Source: a virus
Taxonomy: Duplodnaviria; Caudoviricetes
Reading direction: 5' to 3' (one strand)
IMG/VR virus record: IMGVR_UViG_3300032007_000017
Length of the DNA stretch: 64,000 nt
How positions within the stretch are numbered: the first letter of the stretch is position 1; each line of letters opens with the position of its first letter. The notes beneath the pieces were generated by a model that had not been told where the DNA came from, ran no database searches, and saw only the letters and a program-made list of their open reading frames with translations. Both the position numbers and the translations under genes were made by a program. Positions 9,891 to 19,106 of this stretch are shown piece after piece.

Positions 9891-12800
9891 TTAGTCGGAT
9901 GCAAGTTTCTCCATAGCAGCCACAATAGTAGCAGTGGGAGAATTTGCCAAATCGGACATATCATCATCTCCAATCAGAGATCTAAGTCCATCAATGGCAT
10001 TCTTAGATTGTTCAGCTCTAGCTTTAGCAGCACGTTTTCTTGCATTACCAGCAGCCTTTTCAAGCTTCTCATAATCAATCTGAACGCCTTTCTGAGCAAG
10101 AGCCTTCTGAACTTCAGCCAATCCTTCCGTATTGGTAGCAATGGTAGCCAAGAGTTCAATGATTGCACCAAGGAATCTATCATACATAGCTTCCTGAGCG
10201 ACCATATTATAATTATTACCAACAGTAGAGACTGTATTGGAAGTATTGATACCATACTTACGAATGATATCATTAGCCTTAGCAGATCCACCTCTACCAA
10301 ATCCCTTATAACGTCTGACCATCATAAGATTCTTCTTACGGCCATTAGTCAGGTTTCGATATGTCGGCCCTAAACCAGGACCACCATGAGACAGATCTTG
10401 GTTATTGCCAGCATACATCTCTGTATGAGACATATTACCATTATTGGCTGTCTGCTTCCAGTTGTAATACATAATATCGCCAGGCTGAAGCTTATTAGTA
10501 TCGACAAGATCACGTCCATTATTAGTGTAAATAGTCTTGAAGTTACTATCCTTAGCCTGTTGAGTCGAACTCATGTAAGCCCAACCATTGACAGAATCAC
10601 CAGGTCTGATACCAAGAGCCTTCTTATAAGCCCAAGCAACAGTAGAAGCACAAGAACCAGAACCATTATCAGGATTTTGTTTGCTTCCTTCCTGAGAATA
10701 CTTCAACTGTCCCATCTTACTAGCCATGGCATCAACAATAGACTTTTGAGTACCATTACCAGTAGAAGGAGCAATTGCATAGTTTGATGTATCTCCAGTA
10801 GAAGTAGTATTTCCACTAATAGCTCCAGATACTTTATTCTTGACATTTCTAACCACATTCATCAGGCCAGAACCAAAGATCTTATCCATCAGTGCATTAG
10901 ACTGTTCCTGAGTCTGAGAGAGAATCTGGTCAGAGATTCTATTGCCAGAAGACTGCATACTATATCCACTAGACAGATCCACAGTAGTCTGAGAAAGAGT
11001 CTTATTGAGAATATAAGATGCTATATCAGAAATCTCGATAGATCCTGCACCAACTTTAGAAGTCTTCTTAATCAGGTCATAGCAACCTTGACGACGAGAA
11101 GCATACTTACCAAAGTTCTGCAAAGCAGTCTGATGAAGATTATCAAGAGTAAGAGACAATCCTGCACTCTTACAAGCATTAATCAGCTTGCTAGCAGAGC
11201 CATACTGATTTTGGAAGTCAGCACAGTAAAGGATTGCATTCTCTTCCGATACTCCTTGCTTCTTAATTGATTCGATATATCCATCAATATTCTGCATAGC
11301 AAGGACATCCTGGCAACGTTGACCAATAGGAGTAGAGATAAGTGCACTAATCTTCTTAGATTCGCTATCATTGACGATAATACGCTTATCCCAATACTTT
11401 CTATCCTTGGTAGTAATCTCTTTATAAAGAGCTTCACCAAGAATCTCTCTAGCCTGATCTGCACCCATATTATTGATAACCATCATCATCAAATCATGAG
11501 CACGACAGCCATGCCACTGAATCTTACCAATAGAGAGAGCACCATTATCGTTCTTATTGACAGCGCCATAACGGCCACCAGCCTCAAGCTGTTCCATCAT
11601 AGCATAAGAACGTTCAGCCATCTTAGATACTCTAATGGTATTTGCTTTTCCTCCACGGAACTTTCCGAAACGGAACTTAGAAGATCTAGCTTTACCAGCA
11701 GTAGGCATACCAACAGTAGTATCATTAAGAACCTTATTTGCCGGATACTTATAAGAAGAACCAGGCAGATCAGGATCTTCAGCAATGATATTACCTTGCT
11801 TATCAGTACCCATTGCAGTAATATAGTGATCACCAGATCCAAAAGGAGTACCATTCTGACCATTGGAATGTCCAAGTAAGAATGTAGGAACTCCAGCACG
11901 AATCTTCTTCATAAGATCTCGCTTATTAGAAGTCTGATATCCTCCAAAGAGATCAGTAAAGTAATCAGGAGAAACAGATCCATCAGAATTCTGGTATCCA
12001 GTAGCAAAGTTTGCAGCAGCCGCAAGACCATTACCACCACCAGACATCTTATTCATCAGATTTGCTGCAGCAACAGGACCGCATCCAGCTTCTCCAAAAG
12101 TAGAGTTACCAAACTTAAGTCCAGAGATTGCAGGATCATTCTGATAAATATGACCAAATCCTCCATTACGACGATCTTTCGAACGTCCTTTTCCATACTT
12201 ATTACCAACCTTATAAGTTCCATTGCCTTGGGATTCAAGGATATAGTCTTGAGATCCTTTAATTTCAAGGCCAAGCTTTATACCATCCCCTCTAGAGAGT
12301 TTTACATGCATGACTCCAGAACTATCTACCCATGCAGTTTTCTCAATAGAAGTAGTACCGCTTTGATTGATAATAGTGACTTTAAAACTACCTCCAGATT
12401 TAGGAGAAGGTTTACCAGAAGTAGTAGGAGTAGCTATATTATTGCCAGTAGATTTATTATACTGAGCAGCCATACTATAGCTACTAGCATCATCGATAGC
12501 ACCGCTCTTAACAGCACTATCAAACTTTGCATCTGTAGCAAAGGCAGGCCAATCAGAAATATCACCATTCCAACCAAAGAAACCGCAAATATATTCAAAC
12601 TGACCAGGAAGTTTCTTAGCACTAATCTCGACTTTAGCAGTATACTTTCCATCAGAAGTTTCATAAATACTTCCTCCGATAGAAGCACCACTGAAAGACA
12701 AAACGAGTCCAAGAACAGCTCCACCGATAAGAACAGGAAGTCCGATAGGAGCTCCAACTCCACTAGCGGTAAGACCAGCACCAGTTGCAGTAGCTGCAGC

Positions 12801-15800
12801 GGCTGCGGCGGAGGCACTAGCAGCCCATGCTGTCATGCCTACAGCAACACCTGCTCCAACAGCAGCACCAGCAGTAACATAATTTCCCTTATTATCACAA
12901 TAGTATCCATAAGTAATAATATTACTCATTTGGCCATTGGCATAAGGAATGATAATATACTCACCACTAGTCTTGCAATAGATAGAAATTGTACCTTGCT
13001 TATCGTCACCCTCCTGAAGAAGTTTAAATTCTCTACCGTAAATATCCTTGGCTTCTGTCTTAAAATTATGACCAGATCCATTACCCCAGATATTATTCTT
13101 CATACGATTAAAACTCGTAGAATTATCATAAGTAGATGTAACAGATCCATTCTCATTAATCTTTTTACTTCCGATAGCAGCAAGAAAATCATTCTCAGTG
13201 GATTTATTTCTATTTTGCCACCAATTATAGAGAGTTACTCCAAGGCGAGTCATGATAGGTTCAATAACGATATCATTGAGTTTGGTCCATCCAGACTTGA
13301 ACCAGTTTAAAACACCGCCGAAAACATTCTCCCAGAAGGTACCTTCTTTAATCCATCCAATGACTTTCTTAAAAGGATCGATTATCTTTTCTTGGACCCA
13401 GGATGCAACTTTGGGGAACATTCCCTTTATTCCACCCTTACCGTCCTTACCTTCCCAGATATTACGGAAGAATCCTTTAACTCCACCATTGCCGTCTTCG
13501 CCTTCCCAGATTCGCTTAGCAATCGGCTTGACTGCGGGCCAAACGACTCTTTGAACGAAATCAACAAGATGGCCAAGTGCTGCACCTCCAACAAGAACTC
13601 CAGCGCCTACTTTAAGAATCTTCTTTACGACTCTAAAGAAACCATTTTCAGAAATCTTATGAATTAATCCAAAGATACCAATTCGATCCTTTTTCTGAGA
13701 ACGTTCAACACCTTCTTCATCAGGACCGATAATGGCTTCTTTTACTTTCTCAATAGGAGACATAGTCTCCTTCTTGATCTCTCCAGTGCCATCTTCCTTA
13801 TAGCCTAAATACTCAGCTATCTTAGTTACAGGATCAATTACTCTATCAAATTGGCTCTTCATAGCCTCGATAACTACATTCTCAGGCTTAGCAGCTTCAG
13901 CCTCACCATTAGCTTTGGCTTCAGCTTCTGCGGCACCTTTTACATCATACTCTTTGTTGATAAGACGACTAAGCTTACGAATATTACCAAATCCACGTAC
14001 ACCAAATTTAGCTCCAATGCCTTTCATTGCTTTTGCACGAAGGTCTCGTACATTAGCAAGATTATCTTTCTCTTTAGAGATATTAAGTGTAATCTCTTTG
14101 ATATTCTCGAGGAATTCATTTCCTTCCTCAGCCGTAAGCTTTCCACGACGTACAAAGACTCTGATTTCGCTTTCGACTTCATCAAAACGACCTTTAGAAA
14201 CAGAAACATGAACTTTCTTTATATTTCTATTTCCACAAAGATTATATCTAGAATATCTATGATCAACATCGCTGGGTTGATTAAAGAATTCGGAGATATA
14301 TCCTCCAGCCTTTTTAACAAGGTCACCGATCTTCTTACCCATATGCTTACGAGCATTAAGAGCAAGAGCAGTAGATTCTTTCCAGATAGCAAGCTCACCA
14401 GAATTCATACTTTCTAACTCAGTATCAGCCTTATTAAAGGCATCAATGCCACCAGTACGGAAAGGATGAGCAGCTCTAAAGGATTTGCGCTCTGCAGCAG
14501 ACATGTTATCTGCAGAACCACCTTTAACCTGATTGGCAGTGATTCTATTTGAGATTCCTCTCATAGCAGCAAAAGGAGCATTTATAGCACCCTTTGCAAT
14601 CTTACCAGGAAGCCAGAGAGCGCCTTTAGCTAACTTAGCAGCATTACCAACAATGGTATGACCGATAAAGTCAACTAATGGCTTACCAGAAGTGCGTTCC
14701 CCAAGCCATGCAAAGAATCTAGAGAAATTATCTCCAATATTTCTGACTCCATTGAAAATGCGTTGAGTTATACTCTTCAGAAACATTGCAGTTGAAGGAA
14801 TAACTGTCTTTTCAAGGAAATTCTTACCTTGTGTAAGAATCTCTAATCCAAGACGTTTAACAGGAAGAACAAGTCCTCCATAGAGAGCGCCTACAAGCCC
14901 ACCAACTCTATGCTTCTTGCCAGTTTCATCAGTTTCTTCTTTACCAAGAATAGCATTCTTGAAAGCATCTGTTGTAGTGGCAAATCCAAGAGCCGAACCC
15001 ATAACAGCATTGCCAAGAAGACCAAAGGGTCCAAACAATGCAGCACCAGCGGCTCCAATAAGCATAGAGGGAGCAGCTTTCTTAAGCTTCTCTCTAAATT
15101 CCTTCTTAAAGAGACCGTCCTTCTTATCGGGACCGAGTTTATCATTACCCCATAAGAACTCTTGGAATTTATCATTCTCCTTAGCGAATCCGACAGCAGC
15201 ACCCATCATGGTTCCACCAATCAGACCCATAGGAGTCAGAAGACCAAGAAGTCCTCCAGCGATACCAAAGTCTCCCATAGTAGGAAGATACTTATTAAGT
15301 TTCTTCTGGAGTTTCGGAGGAATTAAGCCACCCTTATGATCAACAACATTACCTTTCTCATCAGTAACGTCTTCACCAAAGAGAAGTCTCTGAACAGTTT
15401 GACTATTCTTAGCGATACCAACTGCAGAGCCAACAGCAGCACCAAGAAGAGGACCACCAACTACTCCAGCAAGAGTAGTAAATCCTCCACCAATGAGTGT
15501 AGATGCTACTACATCAGCGATACCTTTACCACCAGATCCCTTGGAGACTTCTTTTGCTACTTTCTTAATAGTCTCTTCGGTCTGTTTAGCTTGATCGGCT
15601 GCTTGCTTAGCCTTATCTTTTGCCTTACCATGATATCCCCGATAGAAGTCAGAGCCATATGCATAGTAATTAACTCCATGGAGGCCATGAGCTCTAGCAA
15701 AAGCTCTTTCAGCAGCTAAGTCACTATGCTGACGATTACGATTATTCGGGATAATTCGTTCTCCAGGAGAGACGACAGCTAAACCACGACGAGTAATAAG

Positions 15801-18479
15801 ACCGCCATTAGCGAAGGTTTCTACTTCATCATCATAGTCTTCCCATTCGCTACTGTACTCATCTTGACTCATACCTCCATGAACTCTACGATATTTCCAG
15901 GCATCCCAAGCAGCTCCATAGGTATTAGCCCATCCACGTTTAACTCTATCTTTGATCTGGCTACCTTGGACTTTCATACGAGCCCAGACATCTTTACCAA
16001 ACTGCTTAGCTTTCTTGACTTTATCATTCTCATCAAGGAACTTCTTCAGTCTTGTGAGAACATGTTCATCGATCCAGTCATTCAGTTTATCAAAAGATTC
16101 TTGAGTCTTGAAGATAAGATAGTCAAGAAAACCTTTAATTCTATTGCCATCTTTATCAACAATCTGCTTATCTTCGGTCTCTTTACCTCCAAAGAAGAGA
16201 GTAAAGATTCTCTTATCAGCAGTATCAAGAAGTCCAGTAAGATAGAGAGCAGGTTTCTTAGAAAGAGCATTCAAGCCATTCTGAATGACTTCCCATTTCT
16301 TTCCAAGAGTACTAGCTTTAAGAAGAGAATCAAGAAATGAAGTATCGTTATGGTCGAGTTCACCATGACGAATTCTCTTTTCCTCTTCTCTAGCAATCTG
16401 CTTATCATCCCAAAGCTTATCAAACTCTTCTCCAGTAAGAGGTTTCTCTTTATTAGCACCACGAGCTCTAGCACTCTCATAGATATTATTCATGACTCTG
16501 TATCTGGTGGCATCATCAGCTCTACCACCTCTACGGCGCATGTTTTCTCTACTATAAGGATTACCAGAACCAGTGGGACCATTGCCTCCACCACCACTAG
16601 GGCCATTGACAGGACCAGCGCCTGTTCCACCCATCATATTATGAATATTACGGAGATAGTAGAACAGGTTATGATTATATTCATCAACAGCCTGAGTGAT
16701 GATATTATTAGATCCTTTAAAGATCTCAGTTCTGTTTCCAGATTTATCAAATGCATTATTGTAAAGATGTCTAGCAGTGGCTCCTAAGCCAACACCATTA
16801 CCACTTTCTGCATTCTCATAATAACGAGCAAGAGATTCTATGGCATACATAGCATCATTTGCCATATTCATGGCCTTGCCCTTATCTCTGGTTACAGATT
16901 TAGCTGCTCTAATAAAGTCAGATTCTTTATCGAATCCATAATACTCCCAAGCAGCCATTTTATCATCGCCATATCCATGAGCTTTAAATGGTTCAAAGAT
17001 ACCGCGATCTTCATATATCTTTCTAAGCATGCCTTCAAATTGAGCTTCAAGATCCTTAGATCTCTCCATATCATGTCTGGCAAGCTCAGCAAGATAACTA
17101 CGGTATTCGCCAGTAACTTCAGAGGTAGCATCTCGAATAGCTCTATCCTGACGCTGCTTATTCTCTTTAGCAATTGTCTTGATATTAGTCCATTTACCAG
17201 ATTCGAAGTCAAATACTCTTTCGCTTCCTCCAGTAAGAGCTGCTTCGATTCTAGCAAGATGCCCAGGAATTACATCAATAATTGCTTTCTTGACGATACC
17301 ATCAAACGGTACTGCTCCCTTTTCATATTTGGAAGGATCAATAGAAGTTTTGGTTTTCATTCTTAAACCAAAAATCTTACCTAAAGTCTCCAACCATTGA
17401 GGAGTATCATAGTTAGGATTAGCAGCCGCTTTATTCATTCTTGCAATGAATTGACCAAAGACTCCTGTCATAGTCTGATCAAAAGCTTCAATAGAGTTCT
17501 TGACCATCTTAGGAATCAGAGCTTTAGCAGCATAAGCAGGAATGAATTCCAGCGGGTTTGCTACCAATCCCATAAGAAGATTAGTATCATCTCCATCATT
17601 ACCAAGAAGCATTGTAACTTCACTAGGAAGTACATCATAGAGATTCTTCTTAACAATTTTTGCATACTCCTTAAGATCAGGAGCAGTTGTTCCCAATTCA
17701 CCAAACTGAGAACGTTTATACTGTTGATCCTGTTTACTCTTGTAGATATTTCTCTGCATCTCAGTGGACTCTTTTACAAGTCCTTCAATACTACGAAGAA
17801 TATTAGTGGTCTCAGTATAAAATTTGGTAGAATTCTCAATATGAGTGGTTAGTGGGCCCTCGAGAAACTCATTAACCCTTTTGAGCATAGTCTGCGTACC
17901 AGCTAAGCCATTGGTAACAGTCGAGTACATTTTTTCTCCCTGCGCAAAGAGAAGTTTAGTACTCGCTTTTTCTGATTCTGCTAAATATTCCGCAGCTTTA
18001 GCAGTAATACCAGCTTGAGCAGTAGCAGCATCTTTCATTGCTGATGTGACAATATTTGCATCAGTATGGTCGTCACCATCCTTGATATCAAATGTATTAG
18101 AGTTAAACCCCCAATCATCACCATCATCAATTACACCAAGACTTCCACCAGCTTTATCTTGGTATTCAGCTTCTCGTTTAGGATCATAGAATCTACCTGA
18201 TCTGATAGAATCAAATAAGGCATCTCTTAATCCTACACCAGCTTCATAAACCTTAGAACGCTGAATAGACTTCTGTGCTAATTGTGCTGTCCGCTTATAG
18301 TTTCTAGCACCAGCATAGATGTCTTTAAAGAGTTCTTGGTTTGTTTCGATGAAATCAGCTGTATTCTCAGCTGATCCCTTCAGTTCCTTTGCTGTAGCAT
18401 ATGCTACAGACTTTCCTAGATTAAGTACATACTGTGTAACCTTAGGCAGTGGTTTCTGCCCTTGATTATTAGAAGGCAT
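9891..18479 (-). CDS. Tape measure protein with C39-like peptidase, lysozyme-like and NlpC/P60 domains (start revised to MPSNNQ)
   Basis: ~2,860 aa, helical K/A/G-rich body with Gly-zipper segments; QNDP..GCGP..HY..EDP (C39-like), EAGG..NDNGALSIGKIQW (lysozyme-like), YSQ..SCAS..PGDI..H (NlpC/P60); GGAGG SD and late-type promoter 18504-18515. Confidence 0.85.
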   Translation of the reverse strand: MPSNNQGQKPLPKVTQYVLNLGKSVAYATAKELKGSAENTADFIETNQELFKDIYAGARNYKRTAQLAQKSIQRSKVYEAGVGLRDALFDSIRSGRFYDPKREAEYQDKAGGSLGVIDDGDDWGFNSNTFDIKDGDDHTDANIVTSAMKDAATAQAGITAKAAEYLAESEKASTKLLFAQGEKMYSTVTNGLAGTQTMLKRVNEFLEGPLTTHIENSTKFYTETTNILRSIEGLVKESTEMQRNIYKSKQDQQYKRSQFGELGTTAPDLKEYAKIVKKNLYDVLPSEVTMLLGNDGDDTNLLMGLVANPLEFIPAYAAKALIPKMVKNSIEAFDQTMTGVFGQFIARMNKAAANPNYDTPQWLETLGKIFGLRMKTKTSIDPSKYEKGAVPFDGIVKKAIIDVIPGHLARIEAALTGGSERVFDFESGKWTNIKTIAKENKQRQDRAIRDATSEVTGEYRSYLAELARHDMERSKDLEAQFEGMLRKIYEDRGIFEPFKAHGYGDDKMAAWEYYGFDKESDFIRAAKSVTRDKGKAMNMANDAMYAIESLARYYENAESGNGVGLGATARHLYNNAFDKSGNRTEIFKGSNNIITQAVDEYNHNLFYYLRNIHNMMGGTGAGPVNGPSGGGGNGPTGSGNPYSRENMRRRGGRADDATRYRVMNNIYESARARGANKEKPLTGEEFDKLWDDKQIAREEEKRIRHGELDHNDTSFLDSLLKASTLGKKWEVIQNGLNALSKKPALYLTGLLDTADKRIFTLFFGGKETEDKQIVDKDGNRIKGFLDYLIFKTQESFDKLNDWIDEHVLTRLKKFLDENDKVKKAKQFGKDVWARMKVQGSQIKDRVKRGWANTYGAAWDAWKYRRVHGGMSQDEYSSEWEDYDDEVETFANGGLITRRGLAVVSPGERIIPNNRNRQHSDLAAERAFARAHGLHGVNYYAYGSDFYRGYHGKAKDKAKQAADQAKQTEETIKKVAKEVSKGSGGKGIADVVASTLIGGGFTTLAGVVGGPLLGAAVGSAVGIAKNSQTVQRLLFGEDVTDEKGNVVDHKGGLIPPKLQKKLNKYLPTMGDFGIAGGLLGLLTPMGLIGGTMMGAAVGFAKENDKFQEFLWGNDKLGPDKKDGLFKKEFREKLKKAAPSMLIGAAGAALFGPFGLLGNAVMGSALGFATTTDAFKNAILGKEETDETGKKHRVGGLVGALYGGLVLPVKRLGLEILTQGKNFLEKTVIPSTAMFLKSITQRIFNGVRNIGDNFSRFFAWLGERTSGKPLVDFIGHTIVGNAAKLAKGALWLPGKIAKGAINAPFAAMRGISNRITANQVKGGSADNMSAAERKSFRAAHPFRTGGIDAFNKADTELESMNSGELAIWKESTALALNARKHMGKKIGDLVKKAGGYISEFFNQPSDVDHRYSRYNLCGNRNIKKVHVSVSKGRFDEVESEIRVFVRRGKLTAEEGNEFLENIKEITLNISKEKDNLANVRDLRAKAMKGIGAKFGVRGFGNIRKLSRLINKEYDVKGAAEAEAKANGEAEAAKPENVVIEAMKSQFDRVIDPVTKIAEYLGYKEDGTGEIKKETMSPIEKVKEAIIGPDEEGVERSQKKDRIGIFGLIHKISENGFFRVVKKILKVGAGVLVGGAALGHLVDFVQRVVWPAVKPIAKRIWEGEDGNGGVKGFFRNIWEGKDGKGGIKGMFPKVASWVQEKIIDPFKKVIGWIKEGTFWENVFGGVLNWFKSGWTKLNDIVIEPIMTRLGVTLYNWWQNRNKSTENDFLAAIGSKKINENGSVTSTYDNSTSFNRMKNNIWGNGSGHNFKTEAKDIYGREFKLLQEGDDKQGTISIYCKTSGEYIIIPYANGQMSNIITYGYYCDNKGNYVTAGAAVGAGVAVGMTAWAASASAAAAAATATGAGLTASGVGAPIGLPVLIGGAVLGLVLSFSGASIGGSIYETSDGKYTAKVEISAKKLPGQFEYICGFFGWNGDISDWPAFATDAKFDSAVKSGAIDDASSYSMAAQYNKSTGNNIATPTTSGKPSPKSGGSFKVTIINQSGTTSIEKTAWVDSSGVMHVKLSRGDGIKLGLEIKGSQDYILESQGNGTYKVGNKYGKGRSKDRRNGGFGHIYQNDPAISGLKFGNSTFGEAGCGPVAAANLMNKMSGGGNGLAAAANFATGYQNSDGSVSPDYFTDLFGGYQTSNKRDLMKKIRAGVPTFLLGHSNGQNGTPFGSGDHYITAMGTDKQGNIIAEDPDLPGSSYKYPANKVLNDTTVGMPTAGKARSSKFRFGKFRGGKANTIRVSKMAERSYAMMEQLEAGGRYGAVNKNDNGALSIGKIQWHGCRAHDLMMMVINNMGADQAREILGEALYKEITTKDRKYWDKRIIVNDSESKKISALISTPIGQRCQDVLAMQNIDGYIESIKKQGVSEENAILYCADFQNQYGSASKLINACKSAGLSLTLDNLHQTALQNFGKYASRRQGCYDLIKKTSKVGAGSIEISDIASYILNKTLSQTTVDLSSGYSMQSSGNRISDQILSQTQEQSNALMDKIFGSGLMNVVRNVKNKVSGAISGNTTSTGDTSNYAIAPSTGNGTQKSIVDAMASKMGQLKYSQEGSKQNPDNGSGSCASTVAWAYKKALGIRPGDSVNGWAYMSSTQQAKDSNFKTIYTNNGRDLVDTNKLQPGDIMYYNWKQTANNGNMSHTEMYAGNNQDLSHGGPGLGPTYRNLTNGRKKNLMMVRRYKGFGRGGSAKANDIIRKYGINTSNTVSTVGNNYNMVAQEAMYDRFLGAIIELLATIATNTEGLAEVQKALAQKGVQIDYEKLEKAAGNARKRAAKARAEQSKNAIDGLRSLIGDDDMSDLANSPTATIVAAMEKLASD

Positions 18480-18503
18480 AATTAAACCTCCTTCTTGCAG
18501 AAT

Positions 18504-18515
18504 TACTACGATGTT
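18504..18515 (-). promoter_or_regulatory. Late-type promoter of the tape measure gene
   Basis: AACATCGTAGTA. Confidence 0.8.
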
Positions 18516-18549
18516 CGAGGGGTATATATGGACGGAAATTACAAAAAAA

Positions 18550-18585
18550 TACATAAGACTACCCTTAAGTGGGTAGTCTTATGTA
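18550..18585 (-). terminator. Intrinsic terminator
   Basis: 15-bp stem plus U tail. Confidence 0.8.
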
Positions 18586-18600
18586 TTTCAGAAGGAGAAA

Positions 18601-19017
18601 TTACAATCCGAGTTTAGATGCAGGGACATCAAAGAACGGAAGCTCTTCAATCTGGCAATAGATGGTTTCAGTAGGCTTAGCACCAATGAATTGGCATTTG
18701 ATCTTACCATTCATCGTATTCAGCTTAAGCATCTCATCATCATAGATCTGCTTAAGAAGCTTATTACCAGCCTCTCTAGTACTAGCCTTATTCATGATCA
18801 TATCATCATCGGGAAATACTTTGCAGATGCAAGATTCATGAAGGCCAGGCATCTCGATGACACATTCAGCAATACTAAGATTGGTATCCCAATCTTCAGG
18901 TTTGATTACGAGATCATATTTATTCGGGGTTACTTCTTCAACGAGTCCTTTGATAGGGGGTTCACCCTCTCCACCAGGCTCAGTAGAAACAAGTTTTCTA
19001 ACATCATGGTCTTCCAT
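18601..19017 (-). CDS. Hypothetical late protein
   Basis: 138 aa, AGGAGG SD, late-type promoter 19040-19051. Confidence 0.75.
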   Translation of the reverse strand: MEDHDVRKLVSTEPGGEGEPPIKGLVEEVTPNKYDLVIKPEDWDTNLSIAECVIEMPGLHESCICKVFPDDDMIMNKASTREAGNKLLKQIYDDEMLKLNTMNGKIKCQFIGAKPTETIYCQIEELPFFDVPASKLGL

Positions 19018-19062
19018 ATGAGAAACCTCCTGTTTTCATTACTGACATGTTTCTATGCTTCA

Positions 19063-19074
19063 AACTTACTAATA
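19063..19074 (+). promoter_or_regulatory. Late-type promoter variant (AACT-N6-TA) of the terminase gene
   Basis: AACTTACTAATA; same variant on - at 7844, 34834 and 59841. Confidence 0.6.
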
Positions 19075-19106
19075 AAATATGAAAAAATAACGAAGTAGGT
19101 GGTAAC

